A stretch of 63,877 bases of DNA, counting the filler, from Octopus bimaculoides (lineage: Eukaryota): NCBI RefSeq assembly GCF_001194135.2. It is 7 parts of 7 records of this genome, joined end to end, with 100 filler letters (N's around TTAATTAATTAA, not from the genome) between each part and the next. Parts side by side here need not be neighbours in the genome. Positions count along the whole stretch, not along the records: positions 42,928 to 53,845 come from NC_068983.1; positions 53,946 to 55,857 come from NW_026410898.1; positions 55,958 to 60,145 come from NW_026349935.1; positions 60,246 to 63,877 come from NC_069007.1; 3 more parts are not named here. One strand, written 5' to 3'. Under the pieces are notes generated by a model. The model did no database searches. It saw only the letters and a list, made by a program, of their open reading frames with translations, and was not told the origin of the DNA. Made by a program: the position numbers and the translations under genes. How positions within the stretch are numbered: position 1 is the stretch's first letter; each line of letters opens with the position of its first letter. Below are positions 51,470 to 63,654 of the stretch, piece by piece.

Positions 51470-52645
51470 TAATAACATAAACAGTATCCGGCCTGTTATG
51501 TTTATATTTGACAGAAGTTTTGATGGGAATACTCCACCAGTATTCCTTGAGTTGGTGTTTATGAATGTATTCCATAACAGAAGGATTTTCTAAGTTTATT
51601 TCAGGACAGTCTTTTTAGCGGATAGCATTTTAAATTGCTTTAGCAACAACATCATGCCGCATAGGGAGATAGTACTGTGACGACATTTTAGGCAGCTACT
51701 AATCACATGCGTGATGTCTTCCACAGAAACATGACATAGCCTACACATGCGGTTGCACCTTGGGATTACAAGAGCCTCACTGTCTCTCTTGTTCATCAGG
51801 TACTTTGTGGCAATCTCCTGTTCCTGGAATGCAATCGCATAGCCCTCAAAGTGTGATGTGAAGTAGTGGTCTTGTGTCCAAGAGAAGCTGCGCCTCGTGT
51901 CAATTCTACTATCATCTTCAAGCTTTCGGGCAACATACCCATGCGTAGTCTTTTTTTCTTCTTTTTTTTTTGTATACTGAGTGCTTTCCATCCAGGTCTT
52001 CTCTGAGGTAAGAGAGCCCACCTGTTCTGGGGTTGTTTCGGAGATTATCAAGAAGAGAGTGCTTCTTGAGGAGCTCACTGCCAACTCGTACAATGTTGCT
52101 CACTTCACTTTTCAGTACTGCATTTATATACTTATTTTTGCTGCTGTTGTTTAGCAGGTGCTGCCAGAGTGATACCATACGGCATTCGAAGGCCGCCTGC
52201 ACTGATCTTACGCCTCTACCACCTTCATTTCTTCTTAGGTAGAGTTTATCAACATCAATATTTCTGTGAAAGTTCCCAGTTGTTGTCAGGATTTTGAGGG
52301 TTCTGATATCTATAGAGTGGATTTTCTCTGCAGACCAATCAAGTAGCCCAAATGTTGGGATCAGCACTGGTACTGCAAATGCATTGTGGTGTATTGTTTG
52401 TAATATTCTCGGGTTACTCTATTTTTATTCACAGTGTCCTCATATGATACGTTTTCGCCTATACCTAGGTACTTGTAACATTCTTTGTATGGAATGGAGG
52501 AGATAGACAGACCATTGATGCACAGGTTTGGGGTTTGGGGAACTGACTTTCCTCGTTCTATAACCAAATATGAACATTTCTTTTGGCCAAATTCCATGCA
52601 CATGTTGTTTATATACATAGCGAATATCACTACATTCCTTCTATT
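51470..52645 (-). mobile_element. R4/Dong-type RLE LINE fragment (RT thumb, CCHC knuckle, RLE start)
   Basis: MEFGQKKC, YKYLGI, VDKLYLRRNEGGRGV, AFQEQEIATKY, CRLCHVSVEDITHVISSC, EYWWSIPIKT..HNRPD. Confidence 0.92.
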
Positions 52646-52794
52646 TCTTTACAAACTGATCACTTTATATGCACTTTATACACACGCACAGTGTGTGTGT
52701 GTGTGTGTGTGTATGTGTGTGGGGGTGCAACGTGTGTGTGTGAGGGGGGGCAATGTGTGTGTGTGTGGGTGCAACGTGTGTGTGTGTGTGTGTA

Positions 52795-52952
52795 CATACG
52801 ACAGGGTTTCCATCTATCAAATCCACTCACAAGTCATTTGTCGGCCCAAGGCTATAGTAGAAGATACTTGACCAATGTGCCAGGCAGTGGAACTGAACCC
52901 AGAACCATCTGGCTGGGAAGCAAACTTCTTACCACACAGCCATATACCTGGT
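52795..52952 (-). mobile_element. SINE family A, 5' half
   Basis: caaatccactcacaag...ggcccaaggctatagtagaag...cttcttaccacacagcc. Confidence 0.85.
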
Positions 52953-52959
52953 AGCTTAC

Positions 52960-53845
52960 CGGTAAAGCACGTTCACTTTTACTGTATTCGTTGTGTATTT
53001 GGTTAATGAGAGAGATGGAAGATGGAAGATACTAGATTTTTTATTAAACAACAAATATAGGAATCATGATGTTCTCTGGTACAACCCAATCTACGGTTCA
53101 CATGTTTCAACGAGGATCACTAGGGAATTTTTTGCCGCTTTAGACAAATGTTTCCCAAAGTCAAATAGATACCATGCAATTTTTAATAGACACAGCTTGA
53201 AGGTATCTTACGCTAACTCTATTAATTTACAGCAGCATATGCACCACATTAATAATAGTAAAATGAAATAACAGTTCAATAAACCACCTACTGGAACTAG
53301 CAAACATATACATCGAAATACCAAAGAGGATGTAAACCGCAATGAAAAATATCCGATACGACCAATCGTGATAGTAGAAATGATTGTGATATAGCTAACA
53401 CGGTAACAACGTCGGAAAATGAAGTCAGAACTGCCATATAATACTAAATATAATAAATGCACGTACAGAGATAAATCAAGATGCCCATTGATGAACCGCT
53501 GTACGAGTACAAATTTTGTATATGAATGTACCGTACACACAAGGGGAGGACTGTATGTTTACATTGGGGCAACGGCTGATTCAGTCAAGAATCGTTATCG
53601 CAACCATGTCGTCAGCTTCATGAAAATCAACAAGTGACATTCAACATCTTTTACCGATTTTGTGTAACGACTTGAGGAAGATAGAATTAAGTATAACATA
53701 ACTTGGTCCATAGTAAGACACGCAAAACCATATAATATCATTTCCAGATGCCGACTCTGCTCCGTGGAATCTCTGTCTATTATGTGGACCATTGAGAAGA
53801 TTTGTAATAGAATTTATGAAAGACTCTCAAGATGCTTACATGCAT
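52960..53845 (+). mobile_element. Penelope-like element ORF remnant: RT thumb/linker plus GIY-YIG endonuclease (possibly Naiad-type)
   Basis: VLWYNPIYGSHVSTRI...CFPKSNRYHAIFNRHSLKVSY; CPLMNRC...FVYEC...YIGAT...KNRYRNH..SF; WSIVRHAKPY...CRLC; stops and frameshifts present; ends at a gap. Confidence 0.85.
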
Positions 53846-53946
53846 NNNNNNNNNNNNNNNNNNNNNNNNNNNNNNNNNNNNNNNNNNNNTTAATTAATTA
53901 ANNNNNNNNNNNNNNNNNNNNNNNNNNNNNNNNNNNNNNNNNNNNG

Positions 53947-54311
53947 ATGACTACTGACCGAGACCGTTGGAAATGTGCTGTGTGTGAGAAGACCCAGCAA
54001 GCCAAGTGAGACCAAGTGAGATCGTTTCCAGTGCCCCTGGACTGGCTCTTGTGTGGGTGGCACATAAGATGCACCATTTTGAGCATGGCCATTGCCAGTA
54101 CCACCTGACTGGCCTTCGTGCGGGTGACACGTAAAAGTACCCACTACACTCTCTGAGTGGTTGGCGTTAGGAAGAGCATCCAGCTGTAGAAACTCTGCCA
54201 AATTAGATTGGAGCCTGGTGTTGCCATCCGGTTTCACCAGTTCTTAGTCAAACTGTCCAACCCATGCTAGCATGGAAAGCGGATGTTAAACGATGATGAT
54301 GATGATGATGA
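53947..54311 (+). mobile_element. RTE LINE 3' end with (GAT)n tail
   Basis: Close match to 20481-20906. Confidence 0.9.
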
Positions 54312-54654
54312 TTTGTATTGAATTTTGTGAATCTCTGAAGAGACCTAGGGAATCATGCATGTACCCCCATTACATTATTTTCATCTGCTAATTACTCCGG
54401 CACACAGGAGCTATAGAGATAGAATGGGGCATGCCAATGCAGGGCCGAAACAGCTGTAAGTTTTTGTATGTTCTCCAATTGCTAAATGTACTTTATATTT
54501 CTAACCTTAATTGTTAATATGACATGGTATGTCATAAGTATCTGTATATTATGCTTTTTGTCATTTTACTTATAAAATAAACAAATTAATCAACGGAATA
54601 CACTGTCTGCAACTCGATGGATACCGCATATTCTCCTCCATTTTCTTATTGCTG
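54312..54654 (+). mobile_element. Hammerhead-family pLTR copy; decayed ribozyme at ~54329-54464
   Basis: gaaucu CUGAAGA gaccua...agggcc GAAAC AGCU GUA aguuuu; homologous to 56918-57425 and to the palindrome. Confidence 0.85.
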
Positions 54655-55857
54655 AGCTGTGCGAGCCATGTACAGAGATGCTGCCAGTAAGGTGATGGTT
54701 GGAAATGAGTACACTAATGAATTCCAGGTAGAGGTAGTGGTCCACCAAGGTTCTGTCCTCAGCCCCCTCCTATTTATCATAGTCCTCCAGGCGATAACAG
54801 AGCAATTCAAGACGGGATGCCCCTGGAAGCTCCTCTATGCTGATGACCTTGCACTAATTGCAGAGTCACTATCAGAACTAGACAAGAAGTTTCAGGTGTG
54901 GAAGCAAGGACTAGAATCGAAGGGCCTTAGAGTCAACCTAGCTAAAACCAAAGTCCCAATAAGTAGGAAGGTAGATAAAACACAAACCCCTTCAGGTAGA
55001 TGGCCCTGTTCAATATGTAGAAAAGGTGTAGGTAGTAACTCTATAAGATGTACCCAGTGCAAGCTATGGACACATAAGAGGTGCAGCAATATCAAACGCA
55101 GGTTAAATAGGAAGTTAGTTTTTGTATGTGGCAGATGTTCAGGTGCAATAAACACTTTAAACAAACAGGAAACAACTTCTGTCTCATTCCAGGGAGAAAA
55201 ACTAGAGGTAGTTGATAGCTTCTGCTATCTGGGTGACCAAGNNNNNNNNNNNNNNNNNNNNNNNNNNNNNNNNNNNNNNNNNNNNNNNNNNNNNNNNNNN
55301 NNNNNNNNNNNNNNNNNNNNNNNNNNNNNNNNNNNNNNNNNNNNNNNNNNNNNNNNNNNNNNNNNNNNNNNNNNNNNNNNNNNNNNNNNNNNNNAGTGTA
55401 GCTGCTAGAATAAGAATAGCCTGAGCAAAGTTCAGAGAGCTCTTACCTCTGCTGGCGACAAAGGGACTCTCACTCAGAGTAAAAGGCAGACTGTATGATG
55501 CATGTGTATGAACAGCCATGCTACATAGCAGTGAAACATGGGCTGTGACTGTTGACGACATGCGTAAGCTTGCAAGGAATGAAGCCAGTATGCTCCGATG
55601 GATGAGTAATGTCAGTGTGCATACCCGACAAAGTGTATCTTGAGAGAAAAGTTGAACATAAGAAGCATCAGCTGTGGTGTGCAAGAGAGACGATTGCGCT
55701 GGTATGATCATGTGGCAAGAATGGACGAGGATAGCTGTGTGAAAAAGTGCCACACCCTAACAGTTGTGGGAACCCGTGGAAGAGGTAGACACAGGAAGAC
55801 CTGGGAAGAGGTGGTGAGGCAAGACCTTCGAACATTGGGCTTCACCGAGGCGATGAC
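54655..55857 (+). mobile_element. RTE LINE fragment: RT core, PHD-like finger (55007-55138), thumb
   Basis: VHQGSVLSP, LLYADDLALI, TK, CSIC..CTQC..HKRC..CGRC, YLGD, RLRWYDHV, RGRGRHRKTW. Confidence 0.95.
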
Positions 55858-55958
55858 NNNNNNNNNNNNNNNNNNNNNNNNNNNNNNNNNNNNNNNNNNN
55901 NTTAATTAATTAANNNNNNNNNNNNNNNNNNNNNNNNNNNNNNNNNNNNNNNNNNNNT

Positions 55959-56530
55959 AATATATATATATATATGTATAATATAAATATTATATATATA
56001 TATGTATAATATAAATAATATATATATATGTATAATATAAATAATATATATATATATGTATAATATAAATAATATATATATATATATGTATAATATAAAT
56101 AATATATATATATATATGTATAATATAAATAATATATATATATATATGTATAATATAAATAGGTATATATATGTATAATATAAATATGTATATATATATA
56201 TGTATAATATAAATATGTATATATATATATATGTATAATATAAATATGTATATATATATATATGTATAATATAAATATGTATATATGTATAATATAAATA
56301 ATATAAAGTGTAGTATATTGCCACTTAAGTGTGGCTGANNNNNNNNNNAATATGTATATATGTATAATATAAATAATATAAAGTGTAGTATATTGCCACT
56401 TAAGTGTGGCTGATAAATATGTATAATATAAATAATATGTTTATATATATATATATATGTATAATATAAATAATGTGTTTATATATGTATAATATAAATA
56501 ATATGTATATATATATGCATATATACATAC
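55959..56530. repeat. AT-only minisatellite, ~26-32-bp unit tatgtataatataaat(aa)tatata
   Basis: More than 10 readable units. Confidence 0.9.
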
Positions 56531-56765
56531 ATATATGTACATACCTACATATATATATGTATATATAGATGCATATATGGGTACAGGACGTTAAAAAAAC
56601 GTGAACAAAATGAAAAACGACATAAAAAAACAACAAAAAAGTGGAAAACGAACTTTTATTCGGACAACGAAAGAAACAAATAGAGAAACGAGACAGGTAA
56701 CATAAAGAACAATCCCTTCAACAGTTGTCCCCTGTTTTATCTACTCTGCGTATATATATATAATA

Positions 56766-56890
56766 GTCGCAGGTGTGGGTGTGTGGTAAGAAGTTTGCTT
56801 CTCAGCTACATGGTGTCTTCTACTATAGCCTTGGGCCGATCAAAGCCTTCTCAATGGATTTGGTAGACAGAAACCGAAAGAAGCTCGTCG
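56766..56890 (+). mobile_element. SINE family A, 5' fragment
   Basis: gtgtggtaagaagtttgct...tactatagccttgggccga...ggatttggtagac. Confidence 0.8.
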
Positions 56891-56917
56891 TATATATATA
56901 TATATATATATATATAC

Positions 56918-57425
56918 GCCAAGAGAGTTAGGGGTTGAGGATCCAACCCACTAAGGGATAATATCTATCCAATATACTGCTGGGAGGGTACCCAATTATT
57001 GTTACACTAGTGTTATACCAAGTGCAATAAATGGTTGCGGGTAAACGGTTGTTATATAAATTTTTTACCCTAAATTTATATAACAATAAGAAAATGGCGG
57101 GGAATATGAGGTACTCATCAACTTGCAGACACTGTATTCCGTTGATTAATGTTTATTTTATAACTAAATTGACAAAAAACACAATATACAGACACTTATG
57201 ACATACCCTGTCATATCAACAATTAAGATTTCAGATTTAAAGGACATTTAGCAATTGGAGAAGGGACAAAATCTTACAGCTGTTTCGGCCTAGCGTTGGC
57301 ATGCCCCATTCTATCTCTACAGCTCCCGTACGCTGGAGTAATTAGTAAATCAAAATGATGTAATGGGGGTACATGCATGATTCGTTAGGCCTCTTCAGAG
57401 ATTTAGAAAGTTCAATGCAAATTTA
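56918..57425 (-). mobile_element. Hammerhead-family pLTR copy (longest linear copy)
   Basis: Homologous throughout to 35607-36025; adjacent to (TA)n. Confidence 0.88.
57269..57404 (-). ncRNA. Type I hammerhead ribozyme with an intact core and an extended stem II domain
   Basis: Minus: aaaucu CUGAAGA ggccua [93 nt] uaggcc GAAAC AGCU GUA|agauuu; stem I 6/6 bp, stem II 6/6 bp; predicted cleavage between 57275 and 57274. Confidence 0.85.
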
Positions 57426-57555
57426 AAATAAGAATAAAATAAAAATATAATAATACAAGGCACATAAAAACCCCTATAGAAAGTATATAAAACAATATAA
57501 ATAGTAATAAAACGCCAATATACATGCCAATGCATGTATACATCACCATAAGCAG

Positions 57556-57589
<34 letters not shown>

Positions 57590-57592
57590 AAG

Positions 57593-57666
<74 letters not shown>

Positions 57667-57933
57667 GTATAGATATATGCATTCACTCACACATACAAAA
57701 GACATTATGTAAATACACATACGTACGTGGGGACATATTCATGTAAACGACAAAGGAAAAAAAGAGATAAGAAAATGAAGAAAAGTTGGAAATAATTGTA
57801 TAAACATGACAGCAAAACCAAAATAAGGTATTAAAAACCAGGAAGTATGTAATAAAAATGTGGCTTAAGTGCAACAAATACAGACATTGCAAATGCAACG
57901 AAATGAATATAATGCCTATTGTAGTGAAGCATA

Positions 57934-58007
<74 letters not shown>

Positions 58008-58243
58008 GCAATGTAATAACTGTGCTGCATGGATCACAGCACATTTAGGACATTCATAATATGTTCTCGACTGATTATCTTTTTGTGTGTACAAGGCATT
58101 ATATTTCAAAGGTTACTAAGAACTTGCAAAACCATTTTTCTAACCGACGCTCAAACGACAGTTCGACGTTACGTGCTCGTATATACGGCAGTACGTACGT
58201 ACATACATGCACACGCATACACACACATATAAACACACGAGAG

Positions 58244-58283
<40 letters not shown>

Positions 58284-58739
58284 CATATATATATGTATAT
58301 ACATGTGTGTGTATATGGGTCTGTGAGTATGTATAGGTGTGTGTGTGTGTGTGTGTGTGTGAGGAGGGGGATGTACGCGCGTGTGTATTTGTATGGGTGT
58401 GTGCGTGTATGGATGTGCGCGTATGTGTATAGGTGTGTGTGTGTGCACATGTTTGTGCGTGTGCGTGTATGTATGTGTGCATGTATGCGTGTATGGGTGT
58501 GTGTGTGTATGGGTGTGTTTGTGTGTGTATGCGTGCGTGTATGTGTGTGCGTATGTGCATGTGTGTATGGGTGTGTGTGTGTGTGTATGCGCGCGTGCGT
58601 GCGTTCGTTGTGTGTGTGTGTGTGTGTGTGTGTGTGCAAGGTGTTCGGGCTAAATTTGACTTTCGTTTATGTTTCCATTTTTCAGGAACAGCTCCAACGG
58701 CGTTGGAGAGCATAAATATTAAAGATATATCTTTTATCT

Positions 58740-60145
58740 TTTATCTGTTCGAATGAATCGACCCCATAACTTACTTTTTTCTTTGAAGCCTCGTACTTAT
58801 CCTATAGGTCTGTTTTGCTGAACCGCTAGGTTATGGGGACATAAACACACCAACACAAGTTCCGAAGCATTAATGACGGACNNNNNNNNNNNNNNNNNNN
58901 NNNNNNNNNNNNNNNNNNNNNNNNNNNNNNNNNNNNNNNNNNNNNNNNNNNNNNNNNNNNNNNNNNNNNNNNNNNNNNNNNNNNNNNNNNNNNNNNNNNN
59001 NNNNNNNNNNNNNNNNNNNNNNNNNNNNNNNNNNNNNNNNNNNNNNNNNNNNNNNNNNNNNNNNNNNNNNNNNNNNNNNNNNNNNNNNNNNNNNNNNNNN
59101 NNNNNNNNNNNNNNNNNNNNNNNNNNNNNNNNNNNNNNNNNNNNNNNNNNNNNNNNNNNNNNNNNNNNNNNNNNNNNNNNNNNNNNNNNNNNNNNNNNNN
59201 NNNNNNNNNNNNNNNNNNNNNNNNNNNNNNNNNNNNNNNNNNNNNNNNNNNNNNNNNNNNNNNNNNNNNNNNNNNNNNNNNNNNNNNNNNNNNNNNNNNN
59301 NNNNNNNNNNNNNNNNNNNNNNNNNNNNNNNNNNNNNNNNNNNNNNNNNNNNNNNNNNNNNNNNNNNNNNNNNNNNNNNNNNNNNNNNNNNNNNNNNNNN
59401 NNNNNNNNNNNNNNNNNNNNNNNNNNNNNNNNNNNNNNNNNNNNNNNNNNNNNNNNNNNNNNNNNNNNNNNNNNNNNNNNNNNNNNNNNNNNNNNNNNNN
59501 NNNNNNNNNNNNNNNNNNNNNNNNNNNNNNNNNNNNNNNNNNNNNNNNNNNNNNNNNNNNNNNNNNNNNNNNNNNNNNNNNNNNNNNNNNNNNNNNNNNN
59601 NNNNNNNNNNNNNNNNNNNNNNNNNNNNNNNNNNNNNNNNNNNNNNNNNNNNNNNNNNNNNNNNNACACACACACACACACACACACACGCACATACACA
59701 GACACATAAACACACAGACACACACACACACACACACACAGAGGCACACGCACATGCAAATGCAAATATATATCTTTCATCTTTTACTTGTTTCAGTCAT
59801 TAGACTGTGGCCATGCTGGAGTACTGTCTTAAAAAATTTTTAGTTGAATGTATCAACCGGAGAACTTGATTTTTAAAAGCCTGTACGTATTCCATCGGTG
59901 TACTTTGCCGAACTGTTAAGTCACGGGAACGTAAACACACCAGCACCGGTTGTTAAATGGAGGGAGGGGTACAAACACAGGAATGAAGATACACACACAT
60001 AGAAGCATACGCAATACACATACATAGCTGAAACGTTAGCACGCTGGTCGAAATGCTTAGCGGTCTTTATGTTCTGAGTTCAAATTCCGTCGAGGTCGAC
60101 TTAGCCTTTCATTCTTTCGGGGTCGATAAATTAAGTACCAGTTAC
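58740..60145. mobile_element. SINE fragments around a gap: family A tails on minus (58740-58870, 59775-59990) and family B on plus (60025-60145)
   Basis: gctgaaccgctaggttatggggac; cttttacttgtttcagtcattagactg; gagttcaaattccgtcgaggtcgac. Confidence 0.75.
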
Positions 60146-61321
60146 NNNNNNNNNNNNNNNNNNNNNNNNNNNNNNNNNNNNNNNNNNNNTTAATTAATTA
60201 ANNNNNNNNNNNNNNNNNNNNNNNNNNNNNNNNNNNNNNNNNNNNATACATATAATATGATATATACTATAAGATATATATGCGTATGTAGGAAGGTATG
60301 TATGCGTGATTGTATGGATTCATGATTTTATAAACCGAATGGTAACATAGTAAGGGTGTATTTATGAATGAGAGATCATATTCCGCGTATGAATTTCTTT
60401 TTTTCGATCATTTTCACATTTACTAAGTTAATTACAAGAATTGTACTCCTATGCAGAGAAAAACAAACATTTGTATGTTTGTGTATATACAACTGAGTAT
60501 GTATACATGCTCGTGTGTATGTACATGCATACATACATACATACATACATACATACATACATACATACATACATACATACATAAATGCATACAAGCAATG
60601 CGACCCGGCGTTGCTCGGCAGTTATGACCTACAGTCATACATACAGTATGAAGCAAACAAGTGTTTTTATAAACAAGGTTTTCGGTCATTTACTGATGAA
60701 AAGGCTGCAGTTTCCATCTACCAAATTCAGTCACCAGTCTGTGATTAGCCTAGGGTGATAGAAGAAAACGCTATCCAAGGTACCATGCAGAGGGAATAAA
60801 TGTGGCACCGTGTGGTTGGGAAGCAAACTTCTCAACCACAGTCATTCTTGGAACTAATATGTTGTGTGCATGTGTTTACATTTGTTGTTAAATTGAGCAT
60901 TGTGTATCACTACATCTCAAAGTTAGCTGTTCATCAAGTTAAGATCTATAAAATAAAAGTCAGATTGAAATGCATATGTGGTCAGTTTGATCAATTAAAT
61001 TTTTGAAGGTAGTACCCCATCATGGAGCCAATCGAAAGACTAAACTCAGTCAAGTAATGTTTAAAGACTTAATGGCTTCAAATTTAAGGTAATCGGTTAT
61101 CTACCACAAGATAAAGAGTTCAAAATGTTCGTATTGAACTTCGACTTTATACGATAACAATATATGCACATCTGAGTTTACCTGACTTCCAACAATTAAC
61201 AATTGTAATTTGAAGTTGAATGGTTAGCAGTTGGCATAAATCTGTGTCACGGATGGGACAGTTTGTTAGTGTGCATTGANNNNNNNNNNGAGAGAGAGAA
61301 AAGACAACAAAAGAATTGCCA

Positions 61322-61383
61322 GATAACTGAAGAGATGACGGCGTGTGTTTCCGCCCCCAGCATCCGAAACTCGGAGTTTAATC
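61322..61383 (+). ncRNA. Candidate hammerhead, family shared with 50049-50109
   Basis: gauaa CUGAAGA gaug [23 nt] caucc GAAAC ucgga GUU uaauc. Confidence 0.6.
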
Positions 61384-62429
61384 ATGGCTACATACCGGAG
61401 TTTTATGATGGCTACATATTTTTACAGATATATATATATATATATATATCTTCGTGTGTGTATATTTGTGTATATTTATACATACATATAGATGTATATA
61501 CATATATACATACATATGTATATACATACGTATGCACATACATATGTATATATGTATTTATATATTTATACTTATTTAGATGTTTATATGTATGCATAGA
61601 TATGTAAATATATATGTGAGTATATATATATATATATATATATATNNNNNNNNNNNNNNNNNNNNNNNNNNNNNNNNNNNNNNNNNNNNNNNNNNNNNNN
61701 NNNNNNNNNNNNNNNNNNNNNNNNNNNNNNNNNNNNNNTATATATTATTTTCGTTACAAATGCCACTAAAATAAATGTTTTCAGTAAAAATTTAGGAAAC
61801 ACTGTTAACAAATACGAAGTCTTAGATAATATGTTGATAGTAACAAAGTATTAAATAATTGTTTTAATAACAGTAACATATCTTCTTGATAATTTGATTG
61901 TATTTTGTAATATGTGCAGTTTCTGAAATATGCCTGGACAGCAGTTAAGGGCAGTTAAGACCCCTATATATTGGTCTTGCGGAGAATACTCCAGATCATA
62001 CAATGGTGGTAATTTTCTATTTTTTCAAATCTTCTAGGTAAATTAAAGCAAAGACGTAGCCTCAGTCCTGTCCAGACTTGTGCATCGGAGGGAAACTTTC
62101 GAGGCAATTCATGACCAAAGAGGCTCTTTACCATTTTTTCTAAAATTTTGGCCAATTTATAAATTGACATTTTGGCGGTAGTTAAAAATCTTTCAAATAA
62201 ATTTTAATTTCTTAGCTTTATGTAGGCGCAGGCGTGGTTGTGTGTTAAGAAGGATGGCTCCAAGTTCAGTCTAATTGTGTAACACCTTGGGCAAATGTAT
62301 ATATGCCAGTCATAATCATCCTTTGTTTTGTATGTATGATACTATATATCCCATATATCCACTCATTTTTATTGAAAATAGTAAAGGGAAGGTTCGTAGC
62401 TTTGTGGAGAATAAGTTGAGCTCACGATC

Positions 62430-62910
62430 GTACAGTTGTCGGTCCGATTCTTGGCCGAGGTGGCTTGTTTTTTCCTTGAGCAAGGCCATTCATTTCGCCT
62501 TGCTCCAGTTAGCAGACCAGTAATATTGTATGCTGCAGCTTTGTATCTCACGAGATGTCACATCACATCCTCGGTGTATATCTTGGTCAAAGGATGATGG
62601 TTCAGGGAGGTTCATGGTTGCTCGTGACTACATTTGTTTTCCTTGAACTCAAGGACTCATAAAGCCAGTTGCCCGGTTTTCGTGATGTTTCAATGACCGT
62701 GATCACAACACTGCCCTTAAAAGAGACGTTGGACCGTTGCAAAATTCAAGTCCAGTAATTTTTGCGGAGAGGGAACGTGTCGATTACATCATCCCCAATA
62801 ATTGCCAGAGATGAATGGCAAAGCTGAGCTCGGCAGGGTTTGACCTCACAACGTAGAGAGCCAAATGAAATGCCACCAGGCATTTGGTTCGAAGTAGTAA
62901 CAATTCTGCT
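62430..62910. mobile_element. Degenerate SINE family D (plus) followed by SINE family B (minus, 62780-62910)
   Basis: ccttgagcaaggccattcatttcgccttgctccag; cgattacatc...gatgaatggcaaagctg. Confidence 0.55.
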
Positions 62911-63612
62911 CACTGTCAATAATGAGAAAGACGGGTGGGCATCCATGTCTACAGCTGACTACATAGACTGCTATAAATATTAGCAAACGTATGGTCTTAC
63001 TACAAAGTCATGTGATGTGATGGCTAAGCAAAGTGTCCATCATTTCATGAGGATGTTTTGCCGCAAAATTTAAAAGGAGTTCATCGAACAAGCGGAGAGA
63101 TCATTGCTAAAATCTTCAATGACTGCGTTTTACGACGTGGCGCGTATGATGGTTGAATATGAGGTTTACAAAACAGGTGTATTTTGTCTGTTTAGTATAA
63201 CACACAGGATAGGGTAACAGACTGGATTTATCTTGTTGAAGTGTTGAAGTGTTGTGATATTTAGCATTTAAAATAGTTCCCTAACATTGGCACAAGGCCG
63301 AAACGTTAATATATCAGATTGAGGGTAACGTCCTCTTGTAGTAAAATAAATAATTTAACATTTATATATATATATATGTATATGTATGTATGTATGTATG
63401 TACGTATATATGTATGTATATATATGCATATATATACATATATATATATGTGTGTGTGTGTGTGTATGCATATATATATACAAATATATATAATGCATAT
63501 ATATATGGATGTGTGTATATACATACATATCTACATACACACACATACACACATATATGTCATCATCAGTTTATATATATGTCTGTATGTGCTTATATAT
63601 ATNNNNNNNNNN

Positions 63613-63654
<42 letters not shown>

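Noticed and set aside
56580-56750. Possible hammerhead in the repeat shared with 5049-5140 (minus strand acaaCTGTTGAaggg)
   Set aside because: Core mutated and no closing stem II/GAAA/stem III could be assigned
61964-62170. 68-aa non-repetitive ORF or possible exon after tcttctag
   Set aside because: No recognisable homology, no paired splice sites, length within chance expectation
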